Source of the DNA: Candidatus Micrarchaeota archaeon
GTDB taxonomy: Archaea > Micrarchaeota > Micrarchaeia > Anstonellales > Bilamarchaeaceae
Assembly: GCA_043812915.1 (NCBI GenBank)
Contig: JBDRLQ010000020.1
Coordinates: 23,109-87,108 of the forward strand
Reading direction: 5' to 3'
DNA: 64,000 nucleotides
The notes under the pieces are model-generated. The model saw only the letters and a list, made by a program, of their open reading frames with translations, was not told where the DNA came from and ran no database searches. Every line of letters begins with the position of its first letter. The first letter of the stretch is position 1. Positions 47,468-57,769 of the stretch are shown here, one piece after another. Position numbers and translations under genes: made by a program.

Positions 47468-47983
47468 ATGGAATTCTACGAGACACTGGATAGGCGCCAT
47501 TCTGTCCGCTCTTTCCAGGGAAAGGAAGTGGAGAACGAAAAGCTTGGCAGGATTCTCAAAGCCGCCAATTGCGCCCCCTCAGCAGGCAATCTTCAGGCTT
47601 ACAGGATATATGCCGTTTCCGGCGGGGAGAAACGGGAAGAGCTGATGATGGCCTGCATGGGGCAGGAATGCGTTTTGCAGGCTCCGGTTTTGCTTATATT
47701 CGTCGCCAGTCAGCAGGAATCCGCCGCAAAATACGGGGAGCGCGGAGCGCAGCTTTATTCCATCCAGGACGCTACCATCGCAGCTGCATATGCCCAGCTG
47801 GCGGCAGCGGCAGAAGGGCTCGGCTCGGTATGGGTGGGGGCATTCGACCCGCTTGAGGTCGCCAGGCTTATCGATGCGGAATCCTATGAAGTGCCTGTTG
47901 CTGTTCTTCCTATCGGCTATCCAGCAGAGGAATCCGGGCCCTCAGACCGGAAGAATCTGGGGGATTTGGTGAAGGAGGTCTGA
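47468..47983 (+). CDS. Nitroreductase family protein
   Basis: RHSVRSF, APSAGNLQ, GLGSVWVGAF, PIGYP. Confidence 0.93.
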   Translation: MEFYETLDRRHSVRSFQGKEVENEKLGRILKAANCAPSAGNLQAYRIYAVSGGEKREELMMACMGQECVLQAPVLLIFVASQQESAAKYGERGAQLYSIQDATIAAAYAQLAAAAEGLGSVWVGAFDPLEVARLIDAESYEVPVAVLPIGYPAEESGPSDRKNLGDLVKEV

Positions 47984-47985
47984 GC

Positions 47986-48234
47986 ATGGAAGCCAAAGAG
48001 AGGGCGGCAAAGGATATCGCGAAGCTCGAGCGGATTATGGGCCAGTTCCGGAAGCTCGGCCTGGAGAGCAAGTATCCCCAGGCCTATGAATATGCCAGGA
48101 ACTACTGGATGGATGCCAGGCACTTCTTCGAGAATGGGGATTATTTTAGCGCCTTCGGAGCGGCAAACTACGCCTATGGATATATCGACTGCGTTCTTCT
48201 CCTGGAAGGGAAGAAGGACGATATTATTCTTTGA
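47986..48234 (+). CDS. DUF357 family protein
   Basis: NYWMDARHFFENGDYFSAFGAANYAYGYID. Confidence 0.88.
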   Translation: MEAKERAAKDIAKLERIMGQFRKLGLESKYPQAYEYARNYWMDARHFFENGDYFSAFGAANYAYGYIDCVLLLEGKKDDIIL

Positions 48235-48309
48235 ATGCGCTAAATTTCATCAAGGCATTGGCGCTCACTCTGCCAGCAGCTTTAATTTCTTTTTATTCAT
48301 TATCTTCTT

Positions 48310-49056
48310 GTGAAACCGAAGAAATCACTAGGCCAGAATTTCCTGCAGGACGAGAATCTCCTGCGCAAGGAAGCCGAATGGGCAAAAGCAGAAGGCAAGA
48401 GAGTGCTTGAGATCGGCCCTGGGGATGGGAGGCTCACAAAGGCGCTCCTGGAGCAGAATCCAACGCGCATCTATGCGATAGAGAAGGACTGGCGCCTGAT
48501 TGAAACACTTCAGGACAAGTTCTGCTGCTGCGGGGAGAAAGTGGTTGTTATCCACGGGGATATCCTCGAAACCGAGCTTCCTGATTTCGAAGTGGTTGCC
48601 GGAAACATCCCCTACTACATTTCTTCAGACATAATCTTCATGCTTGCCGGGCATAAGTTCGAGAATGGCGTTCTGATGGTCCAGAAGGAGTTCGCCCTCA
48701 AGATGGTCGCAAAGCCAGGGGAGAAGAACTATGGAAGGCTCAGCGTCACCTCGCAGCTTGCCTTCAACATAAAGCTCGCAAGGATAGTCCCCAAGCAGCT
48801 GTTCAAGCCAATCCCGAAAGTGGACTCGGCGATAATCCTTCTCCAGCCAAGCGGAATCAGGCTGACCGAATTCCAGGAGAACATAATCAGGTGGCTATTC
48901 CAGCATCGGAACAAGACCACAAGGAACGCGCTTATCGATTCAAAACAATTCAAGAAAGAGCAGCTTGAAATTCTCGGAGAATTCAAAAAAAGAAGGGCGA
49001 GGACACTCTCGAAAGACGAGTGCCTTGAAATAGCGAGACTGCTGCAGTCACTCTGA
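48310..49056 (+). CDS. rsmA: 16S rRNA m6,2A dimethyltransferase (KsgA/Dim1)
   Basis: KKSLGQNFL, LEIGPGDG, NIPYYISS, MVQKEFA, PKVDS. Confidence 0.95.
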   Translation: MKPKKSLGQNFLQDENLLRKEAEWAKAEGKRVLEIGPGDGRLTKALLEQNPTRIYAIEKDWRLIETLQDKFCCCGEKVVVIHGDILETELPDFEVVAGNIPYYISSDIIFMLAGHKFENGVLMVQKEFALKMVAKPGEKNYGRLSVTSQLAFNIKLARIVPKQLFKPIPKVDSAIILLQPSGIRLTEFQENIIRWLFQHRNKTTRNALIDSKQFKKEQLEILGEFKKRRARTLSKDECLEIARLLQSL

Positions 49057-49620
49057 GAACTCCACCGCCTCATACAGGAAGAATTCCACACCCTCATCCT
49101 TCCAGGCCCCCGGCCCCATCCCGGCTTTCAGGCAGAGCTGGTTAAGGAACTGCTCCTTCTCCGGAAGCTGCTTCCAGACTGCAGGAAGGAATGTCGCCCT
49201 GGCAACACCCTTCTGGATGATGAGCCCGTGCTTTCCGGGTTCAAGCGCCCTGAACAGCCCCTCCCCACCCCCATCGAATCTGACTGGCTTTGTAAGAATG
49301 GAAATGCTGATTTTTACGTCCTTTAGCTCCGGCTGCGTCAGAGGGGTGAACCGCAAATCCTCAAACGCGGAAGCCAGAGCGTTGCCGATGATATCCGTGA
49401 ACAGGGGCCTGTGGGCCTCCAGGCTTCCGATGCATCCCCTCAGTTCATCTCCATCGCTGTGAAGGGTGACGAAGCAGGCGCCATCCTCAATCAGGGCCGG
49501 GGAGTCAATCTCGTCCGGCGGAACCTCCAGAACCTTCCCTGTCTTGAAAAAGTGCTCAATAGCCTGCCTGGCAAGCTTCAGCAGGAACCCCTTGTCCTTC
49601 TCACTTAATTCTTCTCCCAT
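49048..49620 (-). CDS. amrA: AmmeMemoRadiSam system protein A (AMMECR1)
   Basis: ACFVTL, LRGCIG, ATFLPAVW, LCLKAG. Confidence 0.93.
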   Translation of the reverse strand: MGEELSEKDKGFLLKLARQAIEHFFKTGKVLEVPPDEIDSPALIEDGACFVTLHSDGDELRGCIGSLEAHRPLFTDIIGNALASAFEDLRFTPLTQPELKDVKISISILTKPVRFDGGGEGLFRALEPGKHGLIIQKGVARATFLPAVWKQLPEKEQFLNQLCLKAGMGPGAWKDEGVEFFLYEAVEFSE

Positions 49621-49629
49621 ATAATCCCC

Positions 49630-50421
49630 TTATTCATAGAACATGTAGCATCCATATCCAACGACCTGCGATTTGTCGCCCGCCGTATCCCCGGAATTCT
49701 TGTATTCCAGCATCTTCCCCTTCCACTTGCTGCTCTTGGCGATGTGCATAAGCGTCCTGACCGCGGTCATCCCGCACGCCTCTGCCCCCTTAAGCTTCTC
49801 GAAGCCGAAGTTTGGCACTGCCTCATTCGCGATGGAATCCAGCCTCACCGCCTTTTCATAAGGGTGGTAGTGGCTAAGGTCAGAGCTTGCGATGATGAAC
49901 GTCCTGTCATCCACCAGGTTGAGCATCTCGTCTGCAAGCACTGTCGGCACTATGTCGCCTGTTAGCATCGGGAAAAGCGTGAATTCTCCCATAACCACCT
50001 GCAGGAACGGGACCTGCACCTCCAGTGAATGCTCCGGCATATGAATCTTCGGGGCGGTGATAATCAGCTCCCTATTCTCAACCCTGTCTCCTAGCGCCCC
50101 GACCCTCACAACCCCCAGCGGGGTCTGCCAGAATCCGGGGCCGTATTCCGCCGCTCCGAAGAAAGGCGCGTAATGGGAAGGCCCGATGAGGATTATCTTC
50201 TCAATTCCCCTGCCATGTTCCTGCAGCTGCTTGTAGCCGAAGGCGGCAACCTGCCCGGAATAGATATATCCTGCGTGCGGAACCACCATCCCCCTTGGCT
50301 TTCCCGGAGCAATCTCCTCCACATTGGCGAGGAACCCATCAATCATCGCCCTGAGCTTGCCTGGTTCTTCCGGGTAGAAAGTCCCGGCAACGGCCGCGGG
50401 CCTTGTGTTTTTTTCCATCAT
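49630..50421 (-). CDS. amrB: AmmeMemoRadiSam system protein B (MEMO1)
   Basis: RPAAVAGTFYP, PHAGYIYSG, EHSLEVQ, SSDLSHY, VVGYG. Confidence 0.94.
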   Translation of the reverse strand: MMEKNTRPAAVAGTFYPEEPGKLRAMIDGFLANVEEIAPGKPRGMVVPHAGYIYSGQVAAFGYKQLQEHGRGIEKIILIGPSHYAPFFGAAEYGPGFWQTPLGVVRVGALGDRVENRELIITAPKIHMPEHSLEVQVPFLQVVMGEFTLFPMLTGDIVPTVLADEMLNLVDDRTFIIASSDLSHYHPYEKAVRLDSIANEAVPNFGFEKLKGAEACGMTAVRTLMHIAKSSKWKGKMLEYKNSGDTAGDKSQVVGYGCYMFYE

Positions 50422-50508
50422 CCCACCATTTGCCTGATAATCTCCAATCGCAGGTGAAGTTTTAAAAATCTCGCCGGGGTATGTCGCACAAGGAATCAGG
50501 GTGAAAGT

Positions 50509-50859
50509 ATGGTTCAGACGATTAAGGAGTTTGTGGACGAGATGAGGATGCTCAGGAAGGAAATGTACCTCCACGGGGAGAAGGCGGACACCAAGCTGGT
50601 GGCCAGCTGGCTTGACAGGCTTGTGATCTCCATGGAGAAGGTGGGCCCGACGCTCGACATGATGGCTGTTGAGATTGGTGAGCTTGCAACCGCAGAGCCT
50701 CTCGCGAGCACTGTCCGCACAAGGTCAGCCAAATCCGCAAAGCCGAAGAATGTCAGCTCTTCATGGAAGGCGCCGAAGGCGAGTAAGCCAGCAAAGAACG
50801 TCGCAAAGAAGGCTGCCAAGAAGGGGTTCAAGTCAAAGAAGTCCGGGAGAAGGAAGTAA
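50509..50859 (+). CDS. Small protein with helical N-terminus and histone H1-like basic tail
   Basis: KAPKASKPAKNVAKKAAKK tail; GGTGA RBS upstream. Confidence 0.65.
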   Translation: MVQTIKEFVDEMRMLRKEMYLHGEKADTKLVASWLDRLVISMEKVGPTLDMMAVEIGELATAEPLASTVRTRSAKSAKPKNVSSSWKAPKASKPAKNVAKKAAKKGFKSKKSGRRK

Positions 50860-51918
50860 TCACTTCCATACCCCCTTTATTTTTGTCTTGCAGTATCTGC
50901 ACTTCCCATCAGCCAGCCCATTTTTGGTAATTGAGAACCCTGACCTCTCAATCAGCCGCTTTCCGCATCCGGGGCAGGATGTGCACTCGTGCTCCTCATA
51001 ACCGGCGGGAACATTCCCGACATACACATATTTCAGTCCTGCCTCTTTCCCGATTGCCTTCGCCTTCAGCAGCGCCTCTGGCTGGGTCTGGGGGGTGCTC
51101 TTCATCTTGTAGTGCGGGCTGAATGATGTCACATGCCAGGGCATCTCGGGGTCAACCCCGCTCAGGAAATCCGCAATTCCTTTTAGCTCATCAGGCTTGT
51201 CATTCCAGCCGGGTATAATCAGCGTAGTAATCTCAACATGAATGCCATACTCCTTCGCGGTCCTTATGGATTGGAGCACGGGCTCCAGCTCTGCCTTGCA
51301 AAGGGTGTTGTAGAACCTGTCAGTGAATCCCTTAAGGTCGATGTTGGCCGCGTGCAGCTTCCCTTTAAGCCTCTTCCAGCACTCCGGGCTCTCATATCCG
51401 TTGGTGACGTACACGCTTTTGAGCCCCTTCTCATTCCCGAGCTTCATGATGTCCAGCGCGTATTCAGTGAATATCGTTGGCTCGTTGTATGTGAATGAGA
51501 TTGACTTGCAGCCTGCCCGTGCCGCCTCCTCAACAGCTAGCTTGGGGGGAAGCTCCCTGCACTCCTGGATTATCCTCGTGAAATATGCCCTCCAGCCCTT
51601 CGGGTCCTTCTCTCTTGCCTCGTGCGGCGCCTGGGATATGTCCCAATTCTGGCAAAAGTCACAGGAAAAATTGCATCCGAAGGTCCCAAGTGAATAGCTC
51701 AGGCTCCCCGGAAGGAAATGGAAAAGCGGCTTCTTCTCAATAGGGTCGCCCCACACAGCGCATGGCCGGCCATATACCAGTAAGCTGAACCTGCCAGCGT
51801 CGTTCGCGCGCACGCCGCAGTAGCCGACCTGGCCTTCCGGGATTTTGCAGTACCTGCTGCACGCCTGGCATGCGAGCACATTCCCATCAATCTTCTTCAC
51901 AAGCGGCCTTGCATCCAT
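50860..51918 (-). CDS. amrS: AmmeMemoRadiSam system radical SAM enzyme
   Basis: DPIEKKPLFHF, CNFSCDFCQN, FTYNEP, YVYVGN. Confidence 0.95.
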   Translation of the reverse strand: MDARPLVKKIDGNVLACQACSRYCKIPEGQVGYCGVRANDAGRFSLLVYGRPCAVWGDPIEKKPLFHFLPGSLSYSLGTFGCNFSCDFCQNWDISQAPHEAREKDPKGWRAYFTRIIQECRELPPKLAVEEAARAGCKSISFTYNEPTIFTEYALDIMKLGNEKGLKSVYVTNGYESPECWKRLKGKLHAANIDLKGFTDRFYNTLCKAELEPVLQSIRTAKEYGIHVEITTLIIPGWNDKPDELKGIADFLSGVDPEMPWHVTSFSPHYKMKSTPQTQPEALLKAKAIGKEAGLKYVYVGNVPAGYEEHECTSCPGCGKRLIERSGFSITKNGLADGKCRYCKTKIKGVWK

Positions 51919-51970
51919 GAGCAGTTAAGGGTAGTGCAGATTTATAAAATTTGATTGGCCAAATCCTGCC

Positions 51971-52876
51971 ATGAGACACTTTCTGATGATTCTGGTTAGC
52001 GGACTGCTTCTTTTCGGATGCCTGGGCCCGGCTGAGGCTGGCCAGCCACCGCCAGCGCAGCCGCAGCAGCCGCAGGAGATAAACGTTCCGACAGACGCCA
52101 CCCCGGCAGAGCCGGAGCAGGAAACGCCCGTGGCGCAGCCGGAAGCGCCTGAATCCACTCCTGAGCCGGAGCCTGAGGCGCCACCTGCTGAGACGGAGGG
52201 CTATCGTTCAAGGGAGATTTCCTACAAGACACAGGATGCGTGGGAAATCCACGGGACCCTTTATTATGCCGACCTGGAAAGGCCTGAGACAGCGATAATC
52301 CTGCTCCATGGCTATGGGCAGGATAGGAGCAGCTGGGACCCGCTGGTTCCTGTTCTGAGGGAAAGGCTCTCTGACATGGACCTGGTCGTGCTGGACATGC
52401 GCGGGCACGGCGAGAGCGACAATATCAATCCGTATGACAAGCTCTCTTCAGGAGAACTGATAGCCATGGACAAGGACATCGCAGGCGCGATTCCGTACCT
52501 GCAGACAATCCGCCCTGACCTGGAGGCATTCTACCTGGTGGGAGCGAGCATAGGCTCCTCAGCGGCGATAAAATACGCGGTCAATGACAACCGGATAAAG
52601 AAGGTGGTGATGATTTCTCCAGGGCTTGAATATCGGGGCGTGCGGATTGAGCGCTACACCGGAGATTACATCCGCCAGCTCTATCTCACGGCAGCCTATG
52701 GTGACGAGTACTCCAGGAACTCTGCCGATGATATCTATGATGAGTCGCCCTCAGATGAAAAGGAGCTCAAGATTTACTATGAGGCTGGCAATGCGCATGG
52801 AACGGAATTGTTCGCTGCGACCGCGAATACGATGGAGCCGCTCACAGAGCTGATAGCTGACTGGCTCCAGAAGTAA
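51971..52876 (+). CDS. Predicted lipoprotein alpha/beta hydrolase
   Basis: LLFG|C lipobox, Pro/Glu linker, LLHG, DMRGHGES, GASIG nucleophile elbow, HG. Confidence 0.85.
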   Translation: MRHFLMILVSGLLLFGCLGPAEAGQPPPAQPQQPQEINVPTDATPAEPEQETPVAQPEAPESTPEPEPEAPPAETEGYRSREISYKTQDAWEIHGTLYYADLERPETAIILLHGYGQDRSSWDPLVPVLRERLSDMDLVVLDMRGHGESDNINPYDKLSSGELIAMDKDIAGAIPYLQTIRPDLEAFYLVGASIGSSAAIKYAVNDNRIKKVVMISPGLEYRGVRIERYTGDYIRQLYLTAAYGDEYSRNSADDIYDESPSDEKELKIYYEAGNAHGTELFAATANTMEPLTELIADWLQK

Positions 52877-52880
52877 TCTG

Positions 52881-53993
52881 CTAAAACACACTGCCCAGAA
52901 ATCCTTTTTTCTTTTTTCCGTATTCCCTGTCGAGCTCCCTTAAGAGCTCTTTCTCCTTTTTGGTTATTTTTTTTGGAACGTCTATTATTATCCGCACCAT
53001 CTCGTCCCCTTTTCCATGCCCGTTCAATGATGGCATCCCCTGCCCGCTGAGCTTGAATACGGTATGCGACTGCGTGCCAGCCGGGATTTTCAGTTTCAGC
53101 TTGCCAAAGAGCGCCGGCACCTCCACCTCATCACCGAGCGCGGCCTGGGTGTATGTCACCGGAACGCTCAGCCAGAGGTCTTCCCCCTGCCTTTCGAACA
53201 GCCTGTGCTCTTTGACAAAAACGCGCACATACAGGTCCCCTGCCCCGTCCTTTCCGTATTCGCCCATGCCTTCCAGGTGGATTCTCATGCCGCTGTCTAT
53301 GCCGGCTGGGATATTCACCTTTATGTGCTCCTCCGCGCCCCTGCTGCCCGTGCCTCCGCATTCCTTGCAGGGCTTCTCAACTACCGAGCCCTCGCCATGG
53401 CACGCCCTGCACGGGGCGATTGTCTGGAAAGCCATGGGGCCCATTCTCCTCACCTGCCTCACCTGGCCCTTGCCATGGCAGGCGCTGCAGCCTTTCCTGG
53501 AAGAGCCCGGCTCGCTCCTGCTGCCCCTGCATTTCGGGCATGTCTTGCTGTGGTGGTAGTGCAGGTCCTTCTTCACCCCCTTGGCGGCCTCCTCGAGCGT
53601 AATCTCAACCTGCGCCTCAAGGTCTGCTCCGACCTCCATCTGCCTGCGCCCGAAGCCGCCCCCGAACATGGCGGAGAACATGTCCCCGAACGGGCTGTTC
53701 CCGCCGAAGATGTCCTCGAACCCGCTGAAGTTCGCGTTCCTGAAAATATCCTCTCTCGAATACATCTGGTCGAAGCCGGCATGGCCATACTGGTCGTACT
53801 GCTTGCGCTTGGTCTCATCGCTAAGAACAGCATAAGCTTCGCTGATTTCCTTGAACCTGGCCTCGGCGTCCTTATCACTGCTGCGGTCCGGGTGGTACTT
53901 CATCGCCAGCTTGCGATAAGCCTTCTTGATATCGCTGGAGCTGGCGTTCTTGTCAACCTCCAGAATCTCGTAGTAATCCCTTTTGGCGGCCAT
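52881..53993 (-). CDS. dnaJ: Chaperone DnaJ
   Basis: J domain with HPD, G/F region, four CxxCxGxG-type repeats. Confidence 0.97.
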   Translation of the reverse strand: MAAKRDYYEILEVDKNASSSDIKKAYRKLAMKYHPDRSSDKDAEARFKEISEAYAVLSDETKRKQYDQYGHAGFDQMYSREDIFRNANFSGFEDIFGGNSPFGDMFSAMFGGGFGRRQMEVGADLEAQVEITLEEAAKGVKKDLHYHHSKTCPKCRGSRSEPGSSRKGCSACHGKGQVRQVRRMGPMAFQTIAPCRACHGEGSVVEKPCKECGGTGSRGAEEHIKVNIPAGIDSGMRIHLEGMGEYGKDGAGDLYVRVFVKEHRLFERQGEDLWLSVPVTYTQAALGDEVEVPALFGKLKLKIPAGTQSHTVFKLSGQGMPSLNGHGKGDEMVRIIIDVPKKITKKEKELLRELDREYGKKKKGFLGSVF

Positions 53994-54000
53994 TTTCGCA

Positions 54001-54288
54001 CTACCTGTACATGTTCCTGTTCGTTTCTTCCATCTCCTGCCAGCGGTGCATTACATCCGAGGTCCAGTCCATCCCCCTTGCCGGAGCCATGCTCTCCCTC
54101 GGCTTCTCCTTTCCGGTGAGGACTGCGTACGCCTCGCTTATCTCCTTGAATTTATCTGCTGCATCCGGCTCCCTGCACTTGTCTGGATGGTATCTGAGCG
54201 CCAGCTTGCGGTAAGCCTTCTTTATATCGCTTTTGCTGGCGCCCCGGTCCAGACCAAGTACCCGGTAGTAATTTTTCTTGGCAGGCAT
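54001..54288 (-). CDS. Minimal J-domain protein
   Basis: NYYRVLG...[15 protein letters not shown]...[11 protein letters not shown] plus a short tail. Confidence 0.88.
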   Translation of the reverse strand: MPAKKNYYRVLGLDRGASKSDIKKAYRKLALRYHPDKCREPDAADKFKEISEAYAVLTGKEKPRESMAPARGMDWTSDVMHRWQEMEETNRNMYR

Positions 54289-54297
54289 GGTGGCTCA

Positions 54298-56163
54298 CTA
54301 CTTTTTGTCGTCATCGACTTTTTCGTAGTCACCTTCTACTACCCCATCATCTTTATTGCCTTCGCTTTTCCGGGATTCTCCGCCTGGAGGCGGCTGCGCA
54401 GAGCCTTCTCCAGATCCTGCCTGCTGGTACATCGAGCCTCCTATCTCCTGGAGCACCTTTTTGAGCTCCTCACAGGCGCCCTTCATGGCGGACGAATCCG
54501 TGCCGGTCAGCGTGTCCTGCACCTTCTTCTTGGCAGCCTCCAGGCTGTCGAACTGCTCCTTCGAGAGCTTGTCCTTTAGCTGCTCCACGGTTTTTTCAGT
54601 GGTATAAATCAGCGTCTCAGCCTCGTTCTTGGCCTGCGCAAGCTCCAGCGCCCTGCGGTCCTCTTCGGAGTACTGCTCGGCGTCAGCCATCTTCCGCTTT
54701 ATCTCCTCATCGCTCATTTTGAGCGGCGCGGTGACCCGCATATCCTGCTTCTTGCCAGTGGCCTTGTCGGCCGCGCTGACATGCAATATGCCGTTCGCGT
54801 CGATGTCGAAGGTGACTTCTACCTGGGGGGTCCCTCTTGGCGCCGGAGGAATCCCGGTCAGAGTGAACTTGCCAAGCGCGACGTTGTCCTTGGCCATCGG
54901 CCTCTCGCCCTGCAGGATATTTATGTCTACTGCGGTCTGCATGTCTGCCGCGGTTGAGAACGTCTGGCTCTTCTTCGTCGGGATTGTCGTGTTCCTGTCA
55001 ATCAGCTTTGTGAACACCCCGCCTAGCGTTTCCAGCCCCAGCGAAAGCGGCGTCACATCAAGCAGGAGGATGTCCTTCACCTCGCCCGAGAGCACACCAC
55101 CCTGGATTGCCGCTCCCATCGCGACACATTCCATCGGGTCTATGCCTCGTTCGACCTTCCCGCCAACTGCCCCTTCGACGAACTTCTGCACCATGGGCAT
55201 CCTGGTCGGGCCTCCGACAAGGATTATCTTGTCAATGCTTGTCGGGGTGAGCTTCGCGTCTTTTAGCGCCTGCTCAATCGGCCCCCTGCATTTGTCTATC
55301 AGCGGCCTGACAAGGTCCTCAAGCTTCGCCCTGGTCAGCTTGTGCCTGAAGTGTTTGGGCGTGTTATCCACAGAAGCCAGGAACGGCAGGTTGATTTCGC
55401 TCTCAAGAGTTGTGGAAAGCTCAATCTTCGCCTTCTCGGCAGCCTCCAGCATCCTCTCCTGCGCCTGGCTGTCCTTGGATATGTCCACCCCGCTCTCGGC
55501 TCTGAACTGGTCCACCAGATATTCGGCGACAATCTTGGTCATGTCGGTTCCTCCGAGCTCGGTGTCGCCGCTTGTCGACTTCACTTCGAAAACCCCGCCT
55601 CCGAAGTCCATCACTGTGCAGTCAAGCGTCCCACCCCCGAAGTCGAAGACAAGAATCTTCTGCTCCTTGTCGGACTTGTCGATTCCGTATGCAAGGCAGG
55701 CGGCTGTCGGCTCGTTCACAAGCCTGACAACTTCCATGCCGGCAATCTCGCCCGCATCTTTGGTGGCCTGCCTCTGGTTGTCATTGAAGTATGCGGGCAC
55801 GGTGATGACCGCCTTGCTGACCTTTTCACCAAGGAACTCCTCTGCGTCCTTCTTTATTTTCTGGAGAATCATCGCGGACAGTTCCTGCGGCCGGTATTCC
55901 TTATCGAAAATCTTGTACTTGTACTCCTTGCCCATCTTCCTCTTGAACGCGCTCACGGTACCTTCAGGGTTGGAGACTGCCTGCCTCCTCGCCGGCTCGC
56001 CGACCATCCTCTGGCCGTCCCTTGTGATTGCAACATAGCTAGGAAAAGCCTTTCCGTACTGCGTCATCCCTTCCGAACTCGGGATTATCTTGGGCCTTCC
56101 GCTCTCAAGGAATGCCGCTGCCGAGTTGCTGGTTCCCAAATCTATACCGATTATTTTCGCCAT
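54298..56163 (-). CDS. dnaK: Chaperone DnaK (Hsp70)
   Basis: [36 protein letters not shown]. Confidence 0.98.
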   Translation of the reverse strand: MAKIIGIDLGTSNSAAAFLESGRPKIIPSSEGMTQYGKAFPSYVAITRDGQRMVGEPARRQAVSNPEGTVSAFKRKMGKEYKYKIFDKEYRPQELSAMILQKIKKDAEEFLGEKVSKAVITVPAYFNDNQRQATKDAGEIAGMEVVRLVNEPTAACLAYGIDKSDKEQKILVFDFGGGTLDCTVMDFGGGVFEVKSTSGDTELGGTDMTKIVAEYLVDQFRAESGVDISKDSQAQERMLEAAEKAKIELSTTLESEINLPFLASVDNTPKHFRHKLTRAKLEDLVRPLIDKCRGPIEQALKDAKLTPTSIDKIILVGGPTRMPMVQKFVEGAVGGKVERGIDPMECVAMGAAIQGGVLSGEVKDILLLDVTPLSLGLETLGGVFTKLIDRNTTIPTKKSQTFSTAADMQTAVDINILQGERPMAKDNVALGKFTLTGIPPAPRGTPQVEVTFDIDANGILHVSAADKATGKKQDMRVTAPLKMSDEEIKRKMADAEQYSEEDRRALELAQAKNEAETLIYTTEKTVEQLKDKLSKEQFDSLEAAKKKVQDTLTGTDSSAMKGACEELKKVLQEIGGSMYQQAGSGEGSAQPPPGGESRKSEGNKDDGVVEGDYEKVDDDKK

Positions 56164-56175
56164 ATTTTTCCACCT

Positions 56176-56730
56176 CTAGTTTTTCCTTCCGACAATCACT
56201 TTCGCGTGCCGGAGTATCTTCCCCCTGTACAAGTATCCCTTCTTCACTACCTTCAGTATCTTTCCTTCCTCTCCCTCCTCGAACCCTATCGCGTCGTGCG
56301 TGTATGGGTCAAGCTTATGCCCATCAGCATCCATCTCTTCAAGCCCCTCGCGCTTGAGGGTGTCCAGGAGCTTGGAATATATTATCTTCATGCCCTCGTA
56401 GAACTCCCCTTTCTCGGTGTTCTTGGCGTGCTCCATCGCCATCCCAAACTCGTCGACCACTTCCAGCAGGTTCAGCACCACTGCAGCGCCCGCGGTCTGC
56501 CGGAGCAGCTCGTGCTCTTTGGCAGTCCTCTTCCTGAAGTTGTCGAACTCGGCCTGGAATCTCACAAGGCGCTCCTCGAGCTCCTTGAATCTCTTTTCCT
56601 CGTCCGCAAGCAGCTTCCGCTCCTTCCCCTCAATCTGCCCGACCTCCTTTTGGGGCGGAAGCTCGTCTGTGCGCTGCTCTTCAAGGAGCTTCGGTTTCTC
56701 CTCCTTATTGTCTTTTGTCGTTTTCATCAC
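56176..56730 (-). CDS. grpE: Nucleotide exchange factor GrpE
   Basis: AEFDNFRKR, DPYTHDAI, KGY...LRHAKVIV. Confidence 0.95.
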   Translation of the reverse strand: MMKTTKDNKEEKPKLLEEQRTDELPPQKEVGQIEGKERKLLADEEKRFKELEERLVRFQAEFDNFRKRTAKEHELLRQTAGAAVVLNLLEVVDEFGMAMEHAKNTEKGEFYEGMKIIYSKLLDTLKREGLEEMDADGHKLDPYTHDAIGFEEGEEGKILKVVKKGYLYRGKILRHAKVIVGRKN

Positions 56731-56773
56731 CTTCTCTATTTTAGGGCTTTTTTAAGAAAAATAATAAAAGAAA

Positions 56774-57211
56774 TTATTTGACTGTAAGTTCCTTTTTCTG
56801 CGCGGCTTTCTTAACCTTTTTCATGGTCACCTTGAGGAGCCCTTCCCTGTACTCCGCTTCAGACCCCTCGGGATCGATTTCCTCCGGGAGGCCAAAGGTC
56901 CTCTTATAACCAGAATAGCTCCTTTCGCAGTAATAATAGTCCTTCTTCTTTTTCTCGTCCACGTGCTTCCTTTCCGCAGATACTGTTACCGAGTTCCTGT
57001 CAATATCTATCTTTATATCCTCCTTCTGCATGCCAGGAAGCTCCGCGGTGAGCACAAGCTCATCCCCTTTGTCTTCGATGTCTGAGAGTGGCATCCTTGG
57101 CCCCCATTCTGCCGGAAGGCTGCTTCCGCTCTCAAAGGCCTCATCCATCTCCTTCATCAGCCTCCGCATGTCCGCGAAGGGGTCCCAATACCTTTTTGCT
57201 GGCAATCCCAT
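56774..57211 (-). CDS. Small heat shock protein Hsp20
   Basis: AELPGMQKEDI, ERSYSGYKRTFGLP, YREGLLKV. Confidence 0.95.
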   Translation of the reverse strand: MGLPAKRYWDPFADMRRLMKEMDEAFESGSSLPAEWGPRMPLSDIEDKGDELVLTAELPGMQKEDIKIDIDRNSVTVSAERKHVDEKKKKDYYYCERSYSGYKRTFGLPEEIDPEGSEAEYREGLLKVTMKKVKKAAQKKELTVK

Positions 57212-57232
57212 ATTCACACCTTTTTGAAATTT

Positions 57233-57245
57233 TAACAAACTGTTA
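57233..57245. promoter_or_regulatory. Inverted repeat TAAC-N5-GTTA; candidate heat-shock repressor operator
   Basis: TAACAAACTGTTA between the divergent hsp20 operon and HTH gene. Confidence 0.5.
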
Positions 57246-57290
57246 TATATTTCGAAACATTTTTAAATATTTTCGGTTCTTTATTATAAC

Positions 57291-57692
57291 ATGCCCAGGA
57301 AGAGGTATCTGCGCCAGATTGCTTTACGCGAGGTCGACCGGCCCAAGGATGAGGATGTAGAGGAGCAGCTGGACTGGATTTGCGAATGCCTAGGCCTCTC
57401 CGGGCAGCGGAACGAACTGGCCAGGGAGATTTTCCGGGACTTAATCATTGCCAGCAGGGACCGCTCAGGGGTCTCAACCCGTGAAATCAAGGAAAAGCAG
57501 AGCGTTACCCAGGCGGCAGTCGTCTACCATCTCAACATCTTTCAGGGTTCGGGCCTTATCATTAAGCAGGGCAGAAGGTATTACCTGCGCTCATCCACCC
57601 TCGAGGGAACCCTTGAGGAGATGGAACAGGACATGATAAGGCGGATGGCCCGGCTGAGAAAGATTGCCAGGATTATCGAGGAGCGTTTCTAA
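57291..57692 (+). CDS. ArsR-like wHTH transcriptional regulator
   Basis: VTQAAVVYHLNIFQGSGLIIKQGRRYYLR. Confidence 0.8.
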   Translation: MPRKRYLRQIALREVDRPKDEDVEEQLDWICECLGLSGQRNELAREIFRDLIIASRDRSGVSTREIKEKQSVTQAAVVYHLNIFQGSGLIIKQGRRYYLRSSTLEGTLEEMEQDMIRRMARLRKIARIIEERF

Positions 57693-57769
57693 AACTCTTT
57701 TTCCCTTGCAGAATAAGAATCTATCAACATCACTATATATCTTTTAAAACATTTCTGTAGATATACTTA

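Noticed and set aside
54629..56781. Long + strand ORFs (469 aa and 479 aa) over dnaK/grpE, and similar shadow ORFs elsewhere
   Set aside because: These are antisense shadows of well-supported genes caused by codon bias
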